Shown: positions 27,424 through 37,155, counted from the first letter of the stretch. The stretch: 64,000 nucleotides of DNA from Candidatus Krumholzibacteriia bacterium (GCA_050174015.1 JBFXKG010000001.1:128001-192000); one strand, 5' to 3'. Program-made: numbers and translations. Notes: generated by a model not told the origin, from the sequence alone.

Positions 27424-27453
27424 TTGACATTTCATGGAGCCTGGTGATATAAT
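27424..27453 (+). promoter_or_regulatory. Consensus sigma70 promoter
   Basis: TTGACA-N18-TATAAT with extended -10 TG. Confidence 0.8.
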
Positions 27454-27530
27454 CATTCATCAAGCTCAATGGCTGGAACACGAGGCCGGATCATCCGGAC
27501 TGTGCCGAATAGCAACCCAAGGAGAGCACC

Positions 27531-28127
27531 ATGAAGACACTGTTGACGATGGCCTTGCTGATCACCCTTGCCGCAGGCGGCGCATTCGCCGGGGAATGCG
27601 AAATTTCCGGAGTCATCACTTCCCAGCGGATCGACGATCCCCTGCTGCCGGCCTGGCAGTACACCCTGGTCCTGGACTGGGACACCGGCACCCCGTACGC
27701 CCTGAGCCACGCCAACCTGCTGATGGACATCCCCGGCGGGACCTGCACCTGCGACAACTTCGTGGAAGCCCTGACCTGGGCGAATCCCATGGGCAGCGGC
27801 CCCGGCGAGGACGGATGCACCGTGAACTACAACGCCTTCCTGGAATGCGACGGGGATCCCAGCATCCCCGATGTGGAGGGCATCCTGCTGAAGTTCGAAC
27901 CCGTCGAGGGCCAGGATTGCGAACCCGCGAACGTGGGGACCATGACCCTGGTCTTCTACAGCCACCTGCCCCCCGCCCCGGTGGACGAGGACCTGCTGTC
28001 CCTGGTGGACAAGTTCGGCCAGAACCATTGCTTCGGTTACCTGGCCGGGGACTTCCCCTCCATGCCCTGCGATCCGGTGGACGCCGCCGGGACCAGCTTC
28101 GGCACGGTCAAGGGATTCTTCCGCTAG
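27531..28127 (+). CDS. Exported Cys-rich acidic protein ending SFGTVKGFFR
   Basis: RBS AAGGAG; signal peptide; 8 Cys; shares GDPSIPDV.GILLKFEP and LSLVDKF with 26744. Confidence 0.85.
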   Translation: MKTLLTMALLITLAAGGAFAGECEISGVITSQRIDDPLLPAWQYTLVLDWDTGTPYALSHANLLMDIPGGTCTCDNFVEALTWANPMGSGPGEDGCTVNYNAFLECDGDPSIPDVEGILLKFEPVEGQDCEPANVGTMTLVFYSHLPPAPVDEDLLSLVDKFGQNHCFGYLAGDFPSMPCDPVDAAGTSFGTVKGFFR

Positions 28128-28265
28128 CCGGGAGCCCTCCCGCCTGGGATCCTGCGGCGCGCCGACCCCACCCGGGTCGGCGCGCCGTTTCATGAGGGGT
28201 GGCCGGGCCCCGGTCCGGCATCATCCCCCTTGGCGGCCGCAGGGGCGCCGCTTATCCTTTGCGTC

Positions 28266-29195
28266 ATGAACGCCCAACGCCGCCGCGCCCACCTCGTCCT
28301 GTTGCTCGCCGCCGCCATCTGGGGCTTCGCCTTCGTCGCCCAGAGGGTCGGCATGCGCCATCTCGGCCCCCTGACCTTCAACGCCATCCGCTTCGCCCTG
28401 GGGGCCGCGGCGCTGGTCCCCCTGGCCCTGCTCCTGAAGCGGAGGGGGCGTGCGGCGCCCCCGCCGGACGGGACCCGTGCGGGACGGCTGGAGACATTCA
28501 AGGGTGGGCTGCTGGCCGGGCTGCTCATCTTCGGCGGATCGACGCTCCAGCAGGTCGGGGTCGTCTACACCACGGCGGGCAAGGCCGGCTTCATCACCAG
28601 CCTCTACGTGGTCCTCGTCCCGATCCTCGGCCTGGTCTGGGGCCAGCGGTGCGGCAGGGCGGTCTGGGCCGGCGCCCTCCTGGCCGCGGCCGGCCTGTAC
28701 CTGCTGAGCGCCAGGGGCCTGGTGGGGATCGCCCTGGGGGACGGGCTCGTCCTGGTGGGGGCGGTGTTCTGGGCGGCCCACGTCATCCTGGTCGGGAAGC
28801 TGGTGGAGCGGATCGGGGTCCTCGACATCGCCCTGCTGCAGTTCACCGCCTGCTCGGTCCTGAGCCTGGTCGGGGCCCTGATGTTCGAAACCATGGGGTG
28901 GAGTGCCATCCGGTCCGCCGCGGTTCCCATCCTCTATGCGGGCCTGATGTCGGTCGCCGTGGCCTACACGCTGCAGGTGGTCGGCCAGAGGCACGCCCGC
29001 CCGGCTCCGGCCGCCATCATCCTCAGCTTCGAGGCCGTTTTCGCCGCGGTCGGGGGCTGGCTGATCCTGGGGGAGAACCTTGGCCTCCGCGGTCTGGCGG
29101 GGGCGGGATTGATGCTGGCCGGAGTGATCCTGGCGCAGACCGAGGCCGAAACGATCGTTCCGGTTGTCGGGGAAGGAAAAAGCGAGCTGGCTTGA
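28266..29195 (+). CDS. DMT/EamA family transporter
   Basis: AAAIWGFAFVAQR, TTAGKAGFITSLYVVLVP, AYTLQVVGQR, ILSFEAVFAA; multiple TM segments. Confidence 0.9.
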   Translation: MNAQRRRAHLVLLLAAAIWGFAFVAQRVGMRHLGPLTFNAIRFALGAAALVPLALLLKRRGRAAPPPDGTRAGRLETFKGGLLAGLLIFGGSTLQQVGVVYTTAGKAGFITSLYVVLVPILGLVWGQRCGRAVWAGALLAAAGLYLLSARGLVGIALGDGLVLVGAVFWAAHVILVGKLVERIGVLDIALLQFTACSVLSLVGALMFETMGWSAIRSAAVPILYAGLMSVAVAYTLQVVGQRHARPAPAAIILSFEAVFAAVGGWLILGENLGLRGLAGAGLMLAGVILAQTEAETIVPVVGEGKSELA

Positions 29196-29221
29196 CCCCA
29201 TTTCGAAGCTTGTGATATGAT
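29192..29221 (+). promoter_or_regulatory. Candidate sigma70 promoter
   Basis: TTGACC-N18-TATGAT with extended -10 TG. Confidence 0.55.
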
Positions 29222-29272
29222 TATGTCAGTCACCCGGAATCGACCCGGCATCTTTCCTCTCGCCCAGGAGCC

Positions 29273-31726
29273 ATGCTGCAATTAGCTGCTTCGCCCCGGC
29301 CTCTGTTCGCGGCCCTGGGACTTCTGTTTTTTTACCTTTCATGCCTTGTCACCCCTGCCACGGCGAGGCGGCTCGAACTCGATCCCGCCAGGGCTCCCTA
29401 CGAGTTCCGGGTCTTCCACCACGCCCCGGTGGCCGAGGGATCGGGCCGGAACCTCGCCGACCTGATGGCCGACATCGACGGGGACGGCATCGACGAGCTG
29501 GTAACCTGCGATACCGACCACATCCTGGGTTTCGAACTTGAGGACGGCTACCTCAAGCCGGTCTGGCAGGTCAATTTCGAACCCGGCTGGGTCCTGCGGG
29601 ACTCGTCGTCCCTGCTCGGGGTCGCCAGGGACATCGATGGCGACGGGGTCGAGGAGATCTTCCTGACGATCTGCACGCCCGGCGGGATCGATTGGCGATT
29701 CCTGGTGATCGACGGCCTCGAGGGGAAGATCGTGTCCGGAGGGGATCTGCCCAAGGGCCCCGACCGGCGCCAGGACGGGGTGTGGGACGGCCGGTACCTG
29801 GCCATGGGTGTCCTGGGGGAGGATGAGGGGCTGGGGCGGGAGGCCCTGATCCTGGCCAGGATGGTCGGGTACGACGCCTATCCCCGGGGCTTGTTGGCGG
29901 TCGATCCCCGGACGGGCGAATCGATCTGGGAATTCCTCTGTGGCCCCAACGTGAATCCCGAATCGTACCATCAGGCCGATCTGGACGGTGACGGACAGCA
30001 GGAGATCATCTTCTACGGGCATCCGCCGGACAATCTGGGCGGGGAGCGGATCAACGGGACCAGCGACGACCACGCGTACCTTTTCGTCCTGAACACCGGC
30101 GGGCAGCTGCTGTGGAGGAAGGAAATCGGTCCGGCCTTCTATTCCGGGGACGTGGACCTGGGAGACGTCGACGGCGACGGCACCCTGGAGATCCTCACCT
30201 CCAACCTGAGCGGCGCCCCCGGGGCCGGGGACAAGCTGACCATCTGGGACTGGCCCTCGCGCGAGGTCCTGGCCCAGCGGCGGGGCCACTCCTGGTACTT
30301 CGGGGTGGAGGTCGTGCCCGGCCCCCGCCCCGGCACCTCCTGGCTGTTCGTGGGGTCGAATAACGGGACCATCGACCGGCTGCTCTACGAGGACGGCACC
30401 CTGGTCCGGGACGCCGAGGCCCTGTCGGACGAGCCGAGGTGCGAGGTGCTGGGCCTGATGGACCTGCTGCCGGAGCCGGGCCCCGAGCTGATCGTGGACC
30501 ACGACACCGGCAGCAACCTCCTGGTCCTCGACACGGATCTGAACACCTTGGCCGTGTATCCCGATCCCAGCCGTATGCCCAGGGAATTCGTCTTCCTCTG
30601 GGATTCGGGAACGGGCGAAAAGGTCCTGGTCGGCAATCAGACCAGATCCCAGTGGATGTTCAAGCTGACGAAGAGACCCATGGCCTGGGGTCGGATCCTC
30701 CTGCGGGCCGGGATGGGCCTGGGCCTGGCCGCGGCGCTGATGGGCGTGTTCTTCTGGGGGCGCCGTCTGGGACGGGCGGCGGCGGCGCGGGATGCGGAGG
30801 TCCGGACGCCCCAGACGACCGTGGATCGCGAGGTCCTGTTCCGCGTGTGGCAGGAACTGGACGACGTCAAGCACGAGCGCCTGATGGAGGCCAGCAAGGG
30901 GCTGCGCCGCCTGGTCTGGCTGATGGAAGCCTATGCCACCGAACTGGGCGAGGGGAGCGACCTGCGCACGAGGATCCACGCTCTCATGCGGGAGTTCCAC
31001 GAGGCCGACCTGCCGCGGCTGCAGAACATCCTGCGCCGGGCCGAGGGAGAAACCTTCGCGCCGGATCTGGTCTTCACGGCCCGGCGCTCCCTGGCCTCGC
31101 TGGTGGGAAAGCTGAACGACCTGGACGGGTCCGACCTGACGGTGGCCCGGATCGCCGCCTACCAGCCGGATCTGGCCCGGGACGTGGAGCAGATCGAGGA
31201 AGGGTTCCTGGGTCTGTGGACCGCCCTGCGGGACTATTTCGCCTGCGATCCGGTCCGCATGCTCCAGGGCATGCTTGTGGTGGGTGAGGTCGAATTGAAA
31301 CGGGCGGGCATCCGGGTCGAGGTGCAGCCGCCGGAGCCGGGTGTGGACCTGCGCTGCCTCATCGACACCGCGGAATTGCGCCACATCCTGGTCAACCTCC
31401 TGGACAACGCCATCAGGGCCCTGCGTGACGGCAAGCGGCGGGTGATCGCCGTTGTCTTCCGGAGATCGGGCCAGGAGATCAGCCTGGAATTCTCCGACAC
31501 GGGGGCGGGCATCGATCCGGCGCAGCACGAACGGGTCTTCAGCGGGCGGTTCAGCAGCAGGCCGGGCGGGGGGCAGGGCCTCTTCCGTTCCCGGGAGATC
31601 CTCCACCGCTGGCGCGGGGAGATCGAGCTGACCCGGTCGGCTCCTGGTCAGGGGACGACCTTCACTGTCAAACTTCGGGCCGCCTACAAGGCCGGGAAAT
31701 CCGCCGCCCTGGAAGCCGAGGCCTGA
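29273..31726 (+). CDS. Membrane sensor histidine kinase-like protein with extracytoplasmic FG-GAP/VCBS repeats
   Basis: Signal peptide; four D[ILV]DGDG..E motifs; one TM segment; HATPase boxes NLLDNA, DTGAGI, GQGL. Confidence 0.8.
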   Translation: MLQLAASPRPLFAALGLLFFYLSCLVTPATARRLELDPARAPYEFRVFHHAPVAEGSGRNLADLMADIDGDGIDELVTCDTDHILGFELEDGYLKPVWQVNFEPGWVLRDSSSLLGVARDIDGDGVEEIFLTICTPGGIDWRFLVIDGLEGKIVSGGDLPKGPDRRQDGVWDGRYLAMGVLGEDEGLGREALILARMVGYDAYPRGLLAVDPRTGESIWEFLCGPNVNPESYHQADLDGDGQQEIIFYGHPPDNLGGERINGTSDDHAYLFVLNTGGQLLWRKEIGPAFYSGDVDLGDVDGDGTLEILTSNLSGAPGAGDKLTIWDWPSREVLAQRRGHSWYFGVEVVPGPRPGTSWLFVGSNNGTIDRLLYEDGTLVRDAEALSDEPRCEVLGLMDLLPEPGPELIVDHDTGSNLLVLDTDLNTLAVYPDPSRMPREFVFLWDSGTGEKVLVGNQTRSQWMFKLTKRPMAWGRILLRAGMGLGLAAALMGVFFWGRRLGRAAAARDAEVRTPQTTVDREVLFRVWQELDDVKHERLMEASKGLRRLVWLMEAYATELGEGSDLRTRIHALMREFHEADLPRLQNILRRAEGETFAPDLVFTARRSLASLVGKLNDLDGSDLTVARIAAYQPDLARDVEQIEEGFLGLWTALRDYFACDPVRMLQGMLVVGEVELKRAGIRVEVQPPEPGVDLRCLIDTAELRHILVNLLDNAIRALRDGKRRVIAVVFRRSGQEISLEFSDTGAGIDPAQHERVFSGRFSSRPGGGQGLFRSREILHRWRGEIELTRSAPGQGTTFTVKLRAAYKAGKSAALEAEA

Positions 31727-31876
31727 TCACCGCCAGGCGCCGCGAAGCGGCAGGATTTTCCCTTCCAGGGCATCCGCCCCGGATATCCGGGAGTTTTCCG
31801 CACGAGTTCCCGTCCAGACCGTCCACTTCGAGGGCAGATCATTCCGACCGCGTGACCCTGAAGGAGGCCGTCCAGG

Positions 31877-31892
31877 GGGTACGCATCCTGCA
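31877..31892 (+). promoter_or_regulatory. Candidate sigma54 promoter
   Basis: GGGTACGCATCCTGCA, GG-N10-GC spacing. Confidence 0.35.
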
Positions 31893-31962
31893 TCATGACG
31901 GATGAACCGGAACGACGCCGGACCCGTCCGGCCCCCCAACGCGAAGGAAGGACTGCGTGGTC

Positions 31963-32163
31963 ATGGATGCCAACAAAGCGCGCGATCAGCATTTCCAGCG
32001 GCTGCAGCGGACCCTGGAGGAAGGACTGAAGGCCATCGAGGCCGCCAGGACTCCCGCCGAGGCCGAGGTGGCCCGGCTGCAGGCCAAGGCCCGAATGGAG
32101 GACCTGCAGCGCCGGTGGGAGGAAGCCTTCCCGCCCGAACCGGTGGGAAGCGGGTCCCGCTGA
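31963..32163 (+). CDS. Small helical hypothetical protein
   Basis: RBS GAAGGAAGGA; host-like codon usage; charged helical sequence. Confidence 0.6.
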   Translation: MDANKARDQHFQRLQRTLEEGLKAIEAARTPAEAEVARLQAKARMEDLQRRWEEAFPPEPVGSGSR

Positions 32164-32290
32164 TCCCGACGGGAGGACAGGCGGCCGCCGCTGTGGTAGA
32201 ATGGAAGCCCGGACGAGTCCGCCCACTCCTGCGGCCAGGAGTGGAGGGAACCGTCCGGGCTTCGGCACGCCACAACCCGGAAGGACAACG

Positions 32291-35125
32291 ATGCTGCGCC
32301 GAACCTCGAACCCGGCCCCGGCCGTTCTGCTCATCTTGGTGACCACAGGTCTCCTGATCCTCGCGGCCGGGGCAGCCCCGGCCGCCACGGGCGTGCACAC
32401 CACCTATTTGTGGCACATGCACCAGCCGATCTACTGGCCGGATGAAAGCGTCTGGACCCCCGGCCGGTACGAGACCGCCTACGAGACCATCACCCTCGGC
32501 CACAGCCAGAACGACGAGTTCGACATCTTCAACAAGGACGACCGGGTCGCCGACTACCAGTGGTATCCCAAGGACGCCATCGCTTCGGTTCTGGACCTGC
32601 CCGACGCCGGCGCCCAGGTCTCGTTCGCGGGCGCCCTGATCGAGAACGTCTTCAGCCTGGGCGATGCGGGCTGGAACGGGGGGCGCTACGCGTCCAACTG
32701 GTACTCGTACTACCGCACGGCCATGGGCTGGACCACTTCGGCGGGCAAGCGGCGGCTCGATCCGGTGCTGGTGGGCTTCCATCACGCCATCGGTCCTTTG
32801 CTCGACGAGAACGCCCTGGCCATGGAGCTGGCCTGCGCCCGCGCGATCTGGAACCGGGCCTGGGGCCCCGGCGCGGTCAGCACCGGGTTCTTCCCGGCCG
32901 AGATGTGCTTCAGCGAGCGCATGATCCCCGCCCTGGTGGACGCCGGGGTGACCTGGACCATCGTGCCTGACCTGCACCTCGCCCGCGCCTGCGGCAACTA
33001 TCCTTATCAGGCGAACCTGGACAACTGCGATCCGCCCAACCGGGCGGACATGGTCAACCCCGACCAGGCCGATTGGACCAGCCACACCATCTCGCGCGGC
33101 GTCACCCTGAAGATCCCCTATCCGTTCGGATTCACGCCCCACCGGGCGCAGCACGTCGATCCCCGTGACGGATCGATCAGCAGCCTGGTGGTCGTTCCGG
33201 CCGCCAACGCCATGGGCTGGGAGGAGGGTTACGGCCTGTTCGGGACCGGGGGCATCGACGCCATCGCCGCAGCCAACGACCCTGGGCGGCCCATGCTGGT
33301 GCTGTTCGCCCACGACGGCGACAACGCCTGGAGCGGCGGCTACAGCTACTACAACGAGAACGTGACGCAGTTCGCTCACAGCGCGGCCGCTTCGGGATAC
33401 ACGCCGACCACCGTGGAGACGTACCTGGCGCAGCATCCGGTGCCCCTGGGCGACGTCGTCCACGTGGAGGACGGCGGCTGGGTCAACGCCGACGGCGACT
33501 TCGGCTCGCCCCAGTTCATCAACTGGAACTGGCCCCTGGTGGACGCCTCGGGGCAGTTCGACATCCCCGGCGGCTGGGCCGAGGACGAGCGCAACTGGGC
33601 CGTCCTGACGGCCGCCCAGAACCGCGTGGAAACCGCCGCGCAGATCATCGGCAGCGTGGATCCGGCGAAGGTCGTGGACCCGCTGTCCGGGGCCAACTCG
33701 GCCGAGCGCGCCTGGCACTTCCTGCTGGCCGGCTACGAGAGCGGCTACATGTATTACGGCTCGTCGCTGGACATGGAGATCAAGGCGACCCTGGCCTGCA
33801 ATCAGGCCGTCGCCCTGGCCGACCCGGTGATCGCTGGCGGCGCCGACCTCACCGCGCCCACGGTGTGGCTGCCCCAGCGGCTGCCCTGGAATCCCGGCGG
33901 CTTCGGCGGCGGCAGCCTGTGGGGCTGGCCCTCGGGCGAGGGCGCGGCGATGACCTCGGCCTTCCACGTCTGGACCTTCGCCCACGACGTCTCGGGCCTG
34001 GCGCGCGTCGAGCTGATGGTGCGCGAGGACACGGACGGCGTGAACGACCCTGTGACCACCGTGAACGAGACCTACGCCGGCGGCGCGGGGGTGAGCGCGT
34101 GGTTGCCCGTGCCGATGAACCATCGCGTCATGCCGTCGGGCGAGCCCTGGGACATCCCCGGTGTGGATTTGACGGTGCTTCCGGTACACATCGCCGACCA
34201 GTACTGGCTCGAGCTGTCGGGCTACAGCGACGTGCTGCTGGACTACTACGTCGAGGCCGAGGACGCCCAGGGCAACGTCAAACGCACGCCCATCCAGCAC
34301 GTGTACGTGGGGACGGGGGACGGCGGCGGCGGAGGCGGCGACGAGGCGTTCGTCATGGACGGCGTGCTGGACGAGGACGTTGGAGCCGTGGCTGCCGGGT
34401 CCCTGAACGTATACGCCGATGTGCGGGACGGCTGGCTCTATCTCGCCACCGATGCTCCCGCCGCTGCGGCGGGCAATGACGCCTTCCTGTTCCTGGGCGA
34501 GTCGTCCGCGGGCGCGGTCGCTGCGCCGTGGGCCAAGGCCGGACAGACCGCGCCGTGGCTGCGTTTTCTGGCCCGGGAGAACGACAACGGCTGGACGGGC
34601 TGGTTCGACGCGGCGCAGACGGTCCTGGACACGCCGTCCCTGGTCAAGGGCTCGGGCGTCGTCCTCGAAGGCGCGGTCGACCTGGACGCCCTGTTCCCCG
34701 GCGGCTGGCCGGCCTCGGTGTGGGTCGCGGCCGCGGTCTACGCCACTGCGGACGGCGGTGCGCTGGCCGGTCAGGCGCCTGCGGGCGACGGCGACGGGAA
34801 CCTGGAGGCCGCCGAATATGTTGAAATTCCTTTGGGCCTATCTTCGGTGCCCGGCAGAGAAACCGCCGCTGTGCGGCTGCGGGCCTGGCCCAATCCCTTC
34901 AACGCACGATTGAGCTTCACGGTGGAGGGTTCGGTCCCCGGCGGCGCGCAGATCCGTATCCACGACGCGAAGGGCCGGCAGGTGCGGGTGCTCGAGGCCG
35001 CCGGTCCCGTCGTCGAGTGGGACGGCGCGGACCAGGCCGGCCGCTCGCTGCCCAGCGGCGTCTACTTCGCGCGGGTGGTGGGCGAGGGGAACCGGGCCGT
35101 GGCGAGGGTGTGCCTGGTGAAGTAG
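32291..35125 (+). CDS. Exported GH57/GH119-like glycoside hydrolase with C-terminal FlgD-Ig domain
   Basis: WHMHQP (CSR-1), GFFPAE (nucleophile region), AHDGDN (acid/base region); ends AWPNPFN...GVYFAR...VCLVK. Confidence 0.75.
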   Translation: MLRRTSNPAPAVLLILVTTGLLILAAGAAPAATGVHTTYLWHMHQPIYWPDESVWTPGRYETAYETITLGHSQNDEFDIFNKDDRVADYQWYPKDAIASVLDLPDAGAQVSFAGALIENVFSLGDAGWNGGRYASNWYSYYRTAMGWTTSAGKRRLDPVLVGFHHAIGPLLDENALAMELACARAIWNRAWGPGAVSTGFFPAEMCFSERMIPALVDAGVTWTIVPDLHLARACGNYPYQANLDNCDPPNRADMVNPDQADWTSHTISRGVTLKIPYPFGFTPHRAQHVDPRDGSISSLVVVPAANAMGWEEGYGLFGTGGIDAIAAANDPGRPMLVLFAHDGDNAWSGGYSYYNENVTQFAHSAAASGYTPTTVETYLAQHPVPLGDVVHVEDGGWVNADGDFGSPQFINWNWPLVDASGQFDIPGGWAEDERNWAVLTAAQNRVETAAQIIGSVDPAKVVDPLSGANSAERAWHFLLAGYESGYMYYGSSLDMEIKATLACNQAVALADPVIAGGADLTAPTVWLPQRLPWNPGGFGGGSLWGWPSGEGAAMTSAFHVWTFAHDVSGLARVELMVREDTDGVNDPVTTVNETYAGGAGVSAWLPVPMNHRVMPSGEPWDIPGVDLTVLPVHIADQYWLELSGYSDVLLDYYVEAEDAQGNVKRTPIQHVYVGTGDGGGGGGDEAFVMDGVLDEDVGAVAAGSLNVYADVRDGWLYLATDAPAAAAGNDAFLFLGESSAGAVAAPWAKAGQTAPWLRFLARENDNGWTGWFDAAQTVLDTPSLVKGSGVVLEGAVDLDALFPGGWPASVWVAAAVYATADGGALAGQAPAGDGDGNLEAAEYVEIPLGLSSVPGRETAAVRLRAWPNPFNARLSFTVEGSVPGGAQIRIHDAKGRQVRVLEAAGPVVEWDGADQAGRSLPSGVYFARVVGEGNRAVARVCLVK

Positions 35126-35155
35126 GTCGCGATCATCATTCGATGGTGTTGTGCG

Positions 35156-35184
35156 GCCGCCGGGCTCTGCGGGTTCGGCGGCCG
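35156..35184 (+). terminator. GC-rich hairpin after the GH gene
   Basis: GGCCGCCGGGC-TCTGCGG-GTTCGGCGGCC, resembling the hairpin at 12017. Confidence 0.45.
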
Positions 35185-35213
35185 TTTCGTGGGGCGCGGC
35201 CCCCCGGCGGGCT

Positions 35214-35227
35214 TTTCGTGGTATAAT
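35214..35227 (+). promoter_or_regulatory. Extended -10 promoter element, copy 2
   Basis: TTTCGTGGTATAAT, identical to 12215-12228. Confidence 0.65.
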
Positions 35228-35273
35228 CACAGGAGGAATATTCCAGCGGGTATCCTCGACCGTGAGGCGGAAC

Positions 35274-36481
35274 ATGAGATTCAAACCCATTCCTGCATTC
35301 CCGAGCGGATGTTTCGTGGTAGCCATGGCCGTTTTAAGCTTGGCCATCTTCTGCTTGGCCATCTCGTCGCCGGGGCATGCCGCCACGATCACCGTGATGC
35401 AGGATGGCAGCGGGGATTTTGTGGAGATCCAGCCGGCCCTGGATGCGGTGGCCTCCGGTGACACCCTGCTGATCGGGCCGGGGGAATTCACTCAACTGAT
35501 ACCGTCGTACATCCCCGGCTATGCCTGGGACGTGGATGTGTGTGCCTATGTTCATGTGCCGGCATTGACGATCATCGGCGCGGGTGCATCCCAAACCATT
35601 TTGGGGCCGACGACCTATTTCGGTAGTCGGGCGACTTTTTCCCCCAAGTGTTTAGTGTGGCTGGAAGGGAGTGAGCGGTATATCCAGGGGATCACTTTCC
35701 GGAATTGCTACGACGGGATTCATGTGACCAATGGTCCCGTTTTTATTGAGGATTGCGAGTTTGTGGGCAACCGAGGAATGGGTATCATTTGGCAGTCGGA
35801 CGTATCTGGGGGACTGATCCGGAATTGCAGAATGTCTTCGAACTCAATTGGATCATTTGGCTTTTATGTAGTGGGTTACGGCTCGGATATGATTATCGAG
35901 AACTGTGAATTTGACGGAGTTGAGTCCTATTTGGCCACTGTCGACAACGTCAATATCATTGATTGTGAAATGAAGAATGCGCGCGTGGCCCTGCAGTTGG
36001 CTGCGGGGGCTAGCGGTGTTCTTTATAGTTGTTATTTTCACGATTTCACTAATTATGGGGTGGCGTTGACGGCAGTTGCACCGCATTTGGACATTTTTGA
36101 TTCCGTTATTGACGGCGACTGGGGTTCGGTCTATGTGTCAGATGATGGATCTCTTTTGCCAGCGGGACAGAATTCTACGCTGGATATTCTCCCTTTTATT
36201 TCCAGAATTCCGGACCTGTCGAAGTCCATGATAGTCACATAATCACTCGTGGGTCATATGCGATTTATTTGCGATATCAGGCGGAGATATACGGTCCCGT
36301 CGTTCATGATTTCACCCGGAACTACTGGGGTACGACAGATGCTGCTCAGGTGGCCGAGTGGATCTGGGACGGCAACGACGATCCCAGCCTGCATGCCACG
36401 GTGCTGTTTCAGCCGATGGCCAACGGTCCGGTGGGGTCCGAAACGACCTCCTGGGGGGATCTGAAGGCACTGTGGAGGTAG
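35274..36481 (+). pseudogene. Frameshifted beta-helix protein gene (paralog of 12409) ending SWGDLKALWR
   Basis: N-part TITVMQDGSGDFVEIQPALD...IGPG stops at 36242; the shifted frame is open from ~36152 (FASGTEFYAG...HDFTRNYWGTTD...HATVLFQP) to 36481; one T added to TTTT at 36154-36157 restores the frame. May be a sequencing error. Confidence 0.75.
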
Positions 36482-36546
36482 CGGCGCAGTATTGACCAAG
36501 TCCTGTCCCCAATGGGCAGCCGCTTGCCCTTGAAACATTGATGGAA

Positions 36547-36589
36547 TTTTTGTCCGAGAGGTGCAAAACTGCCTCATATGAGGCTATTT
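36547..36589. repeat. 43-bp palindromic element, copy 2
   Basis: TTTTTGTCCGAGAGGTGCAAAACTGCCTCATATGAGGCTATTT; palindrome at 36571-36584. Confidence 0.9.
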
Positions 36590-36653
36590 CGATCGCAGAA
36601 GTATCACGGCCCGGCCCTTCTCCTCCAAGACTCAAACCCTCCGCATGGTACAA

Positions 36654-36682
36654 AAAGCCCGGGGCGCATGGCCCCGGGCTTT
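36654..36682. terminator. Bidirectional terminator
   Basis: AAAGCCCGGGGC-GCATG-GCCCCGGGCTTT between convergent genes. Confidence 0.75.
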
Positions 36683-36703
36683 GCTGATCTCGGTAACAAT
36701 CGC

Positions 36704-37072
36704 TCAGTGATCGTGGCCATCGGTGCCTGGATGTTCCGGGTGCTCCGCGGTCTTCTCGGCCTCGATCTTCGCCAGGCAGCCCTTGCAGAACCACTTGCCG
36801 TCCACTTCGGTCATCTGGGCCTCGGGCACGGCCGTCATGCCGCAGCCGCCGTCGCAGTCGTGGACGGCCACGGCATCGACCGCGGGCTGGATCTTGCCGG
36901 CGCAGGCCGAGCAGTAGACCTTGCCCTCGATGGTCTTGGCATCGGCATCGGCCACCTTCATTCCACAGGTCGAACAGGACTGGGCGTTCGCGTCGCCGCC
37001 GCCGCAGCCGGAAAGCAGGGCGAGGGCCAGGATCGCCGCGAGCAGGGCGGCGGGGATCAGGAACTTCTTCAT
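36704..37072 (-). CDS. Small Cys/His-rich lipoprotein, putative metal-binding
   Basis: Lipobox LLSGC; CSTC...CSAC and CDGGC...CKGC repeats; tail HPEHPGTDGHDH; RBS GGAGG. Confidence 0.75.
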   Translation of the reverse strand: MKKFLIPAALLAAILALALLSGCGGGDANAQSCSTCGMKVADADAKTIEGKVYCSACAGKIQPAVDAVAVHDCDGGCGMTAVPEAQMTEVDGKWFCKGCLAKIEAEKTAEHPEHPGTDGHDH

Positions 37073-37155
37073 GATCTTCCTCCAGGTTCGGGGACTGGGG
37101 GCAACGGGTGCATTCTCCATGAATCGGTAGGAACTTGGCAAGCCGCAATCCCCGG

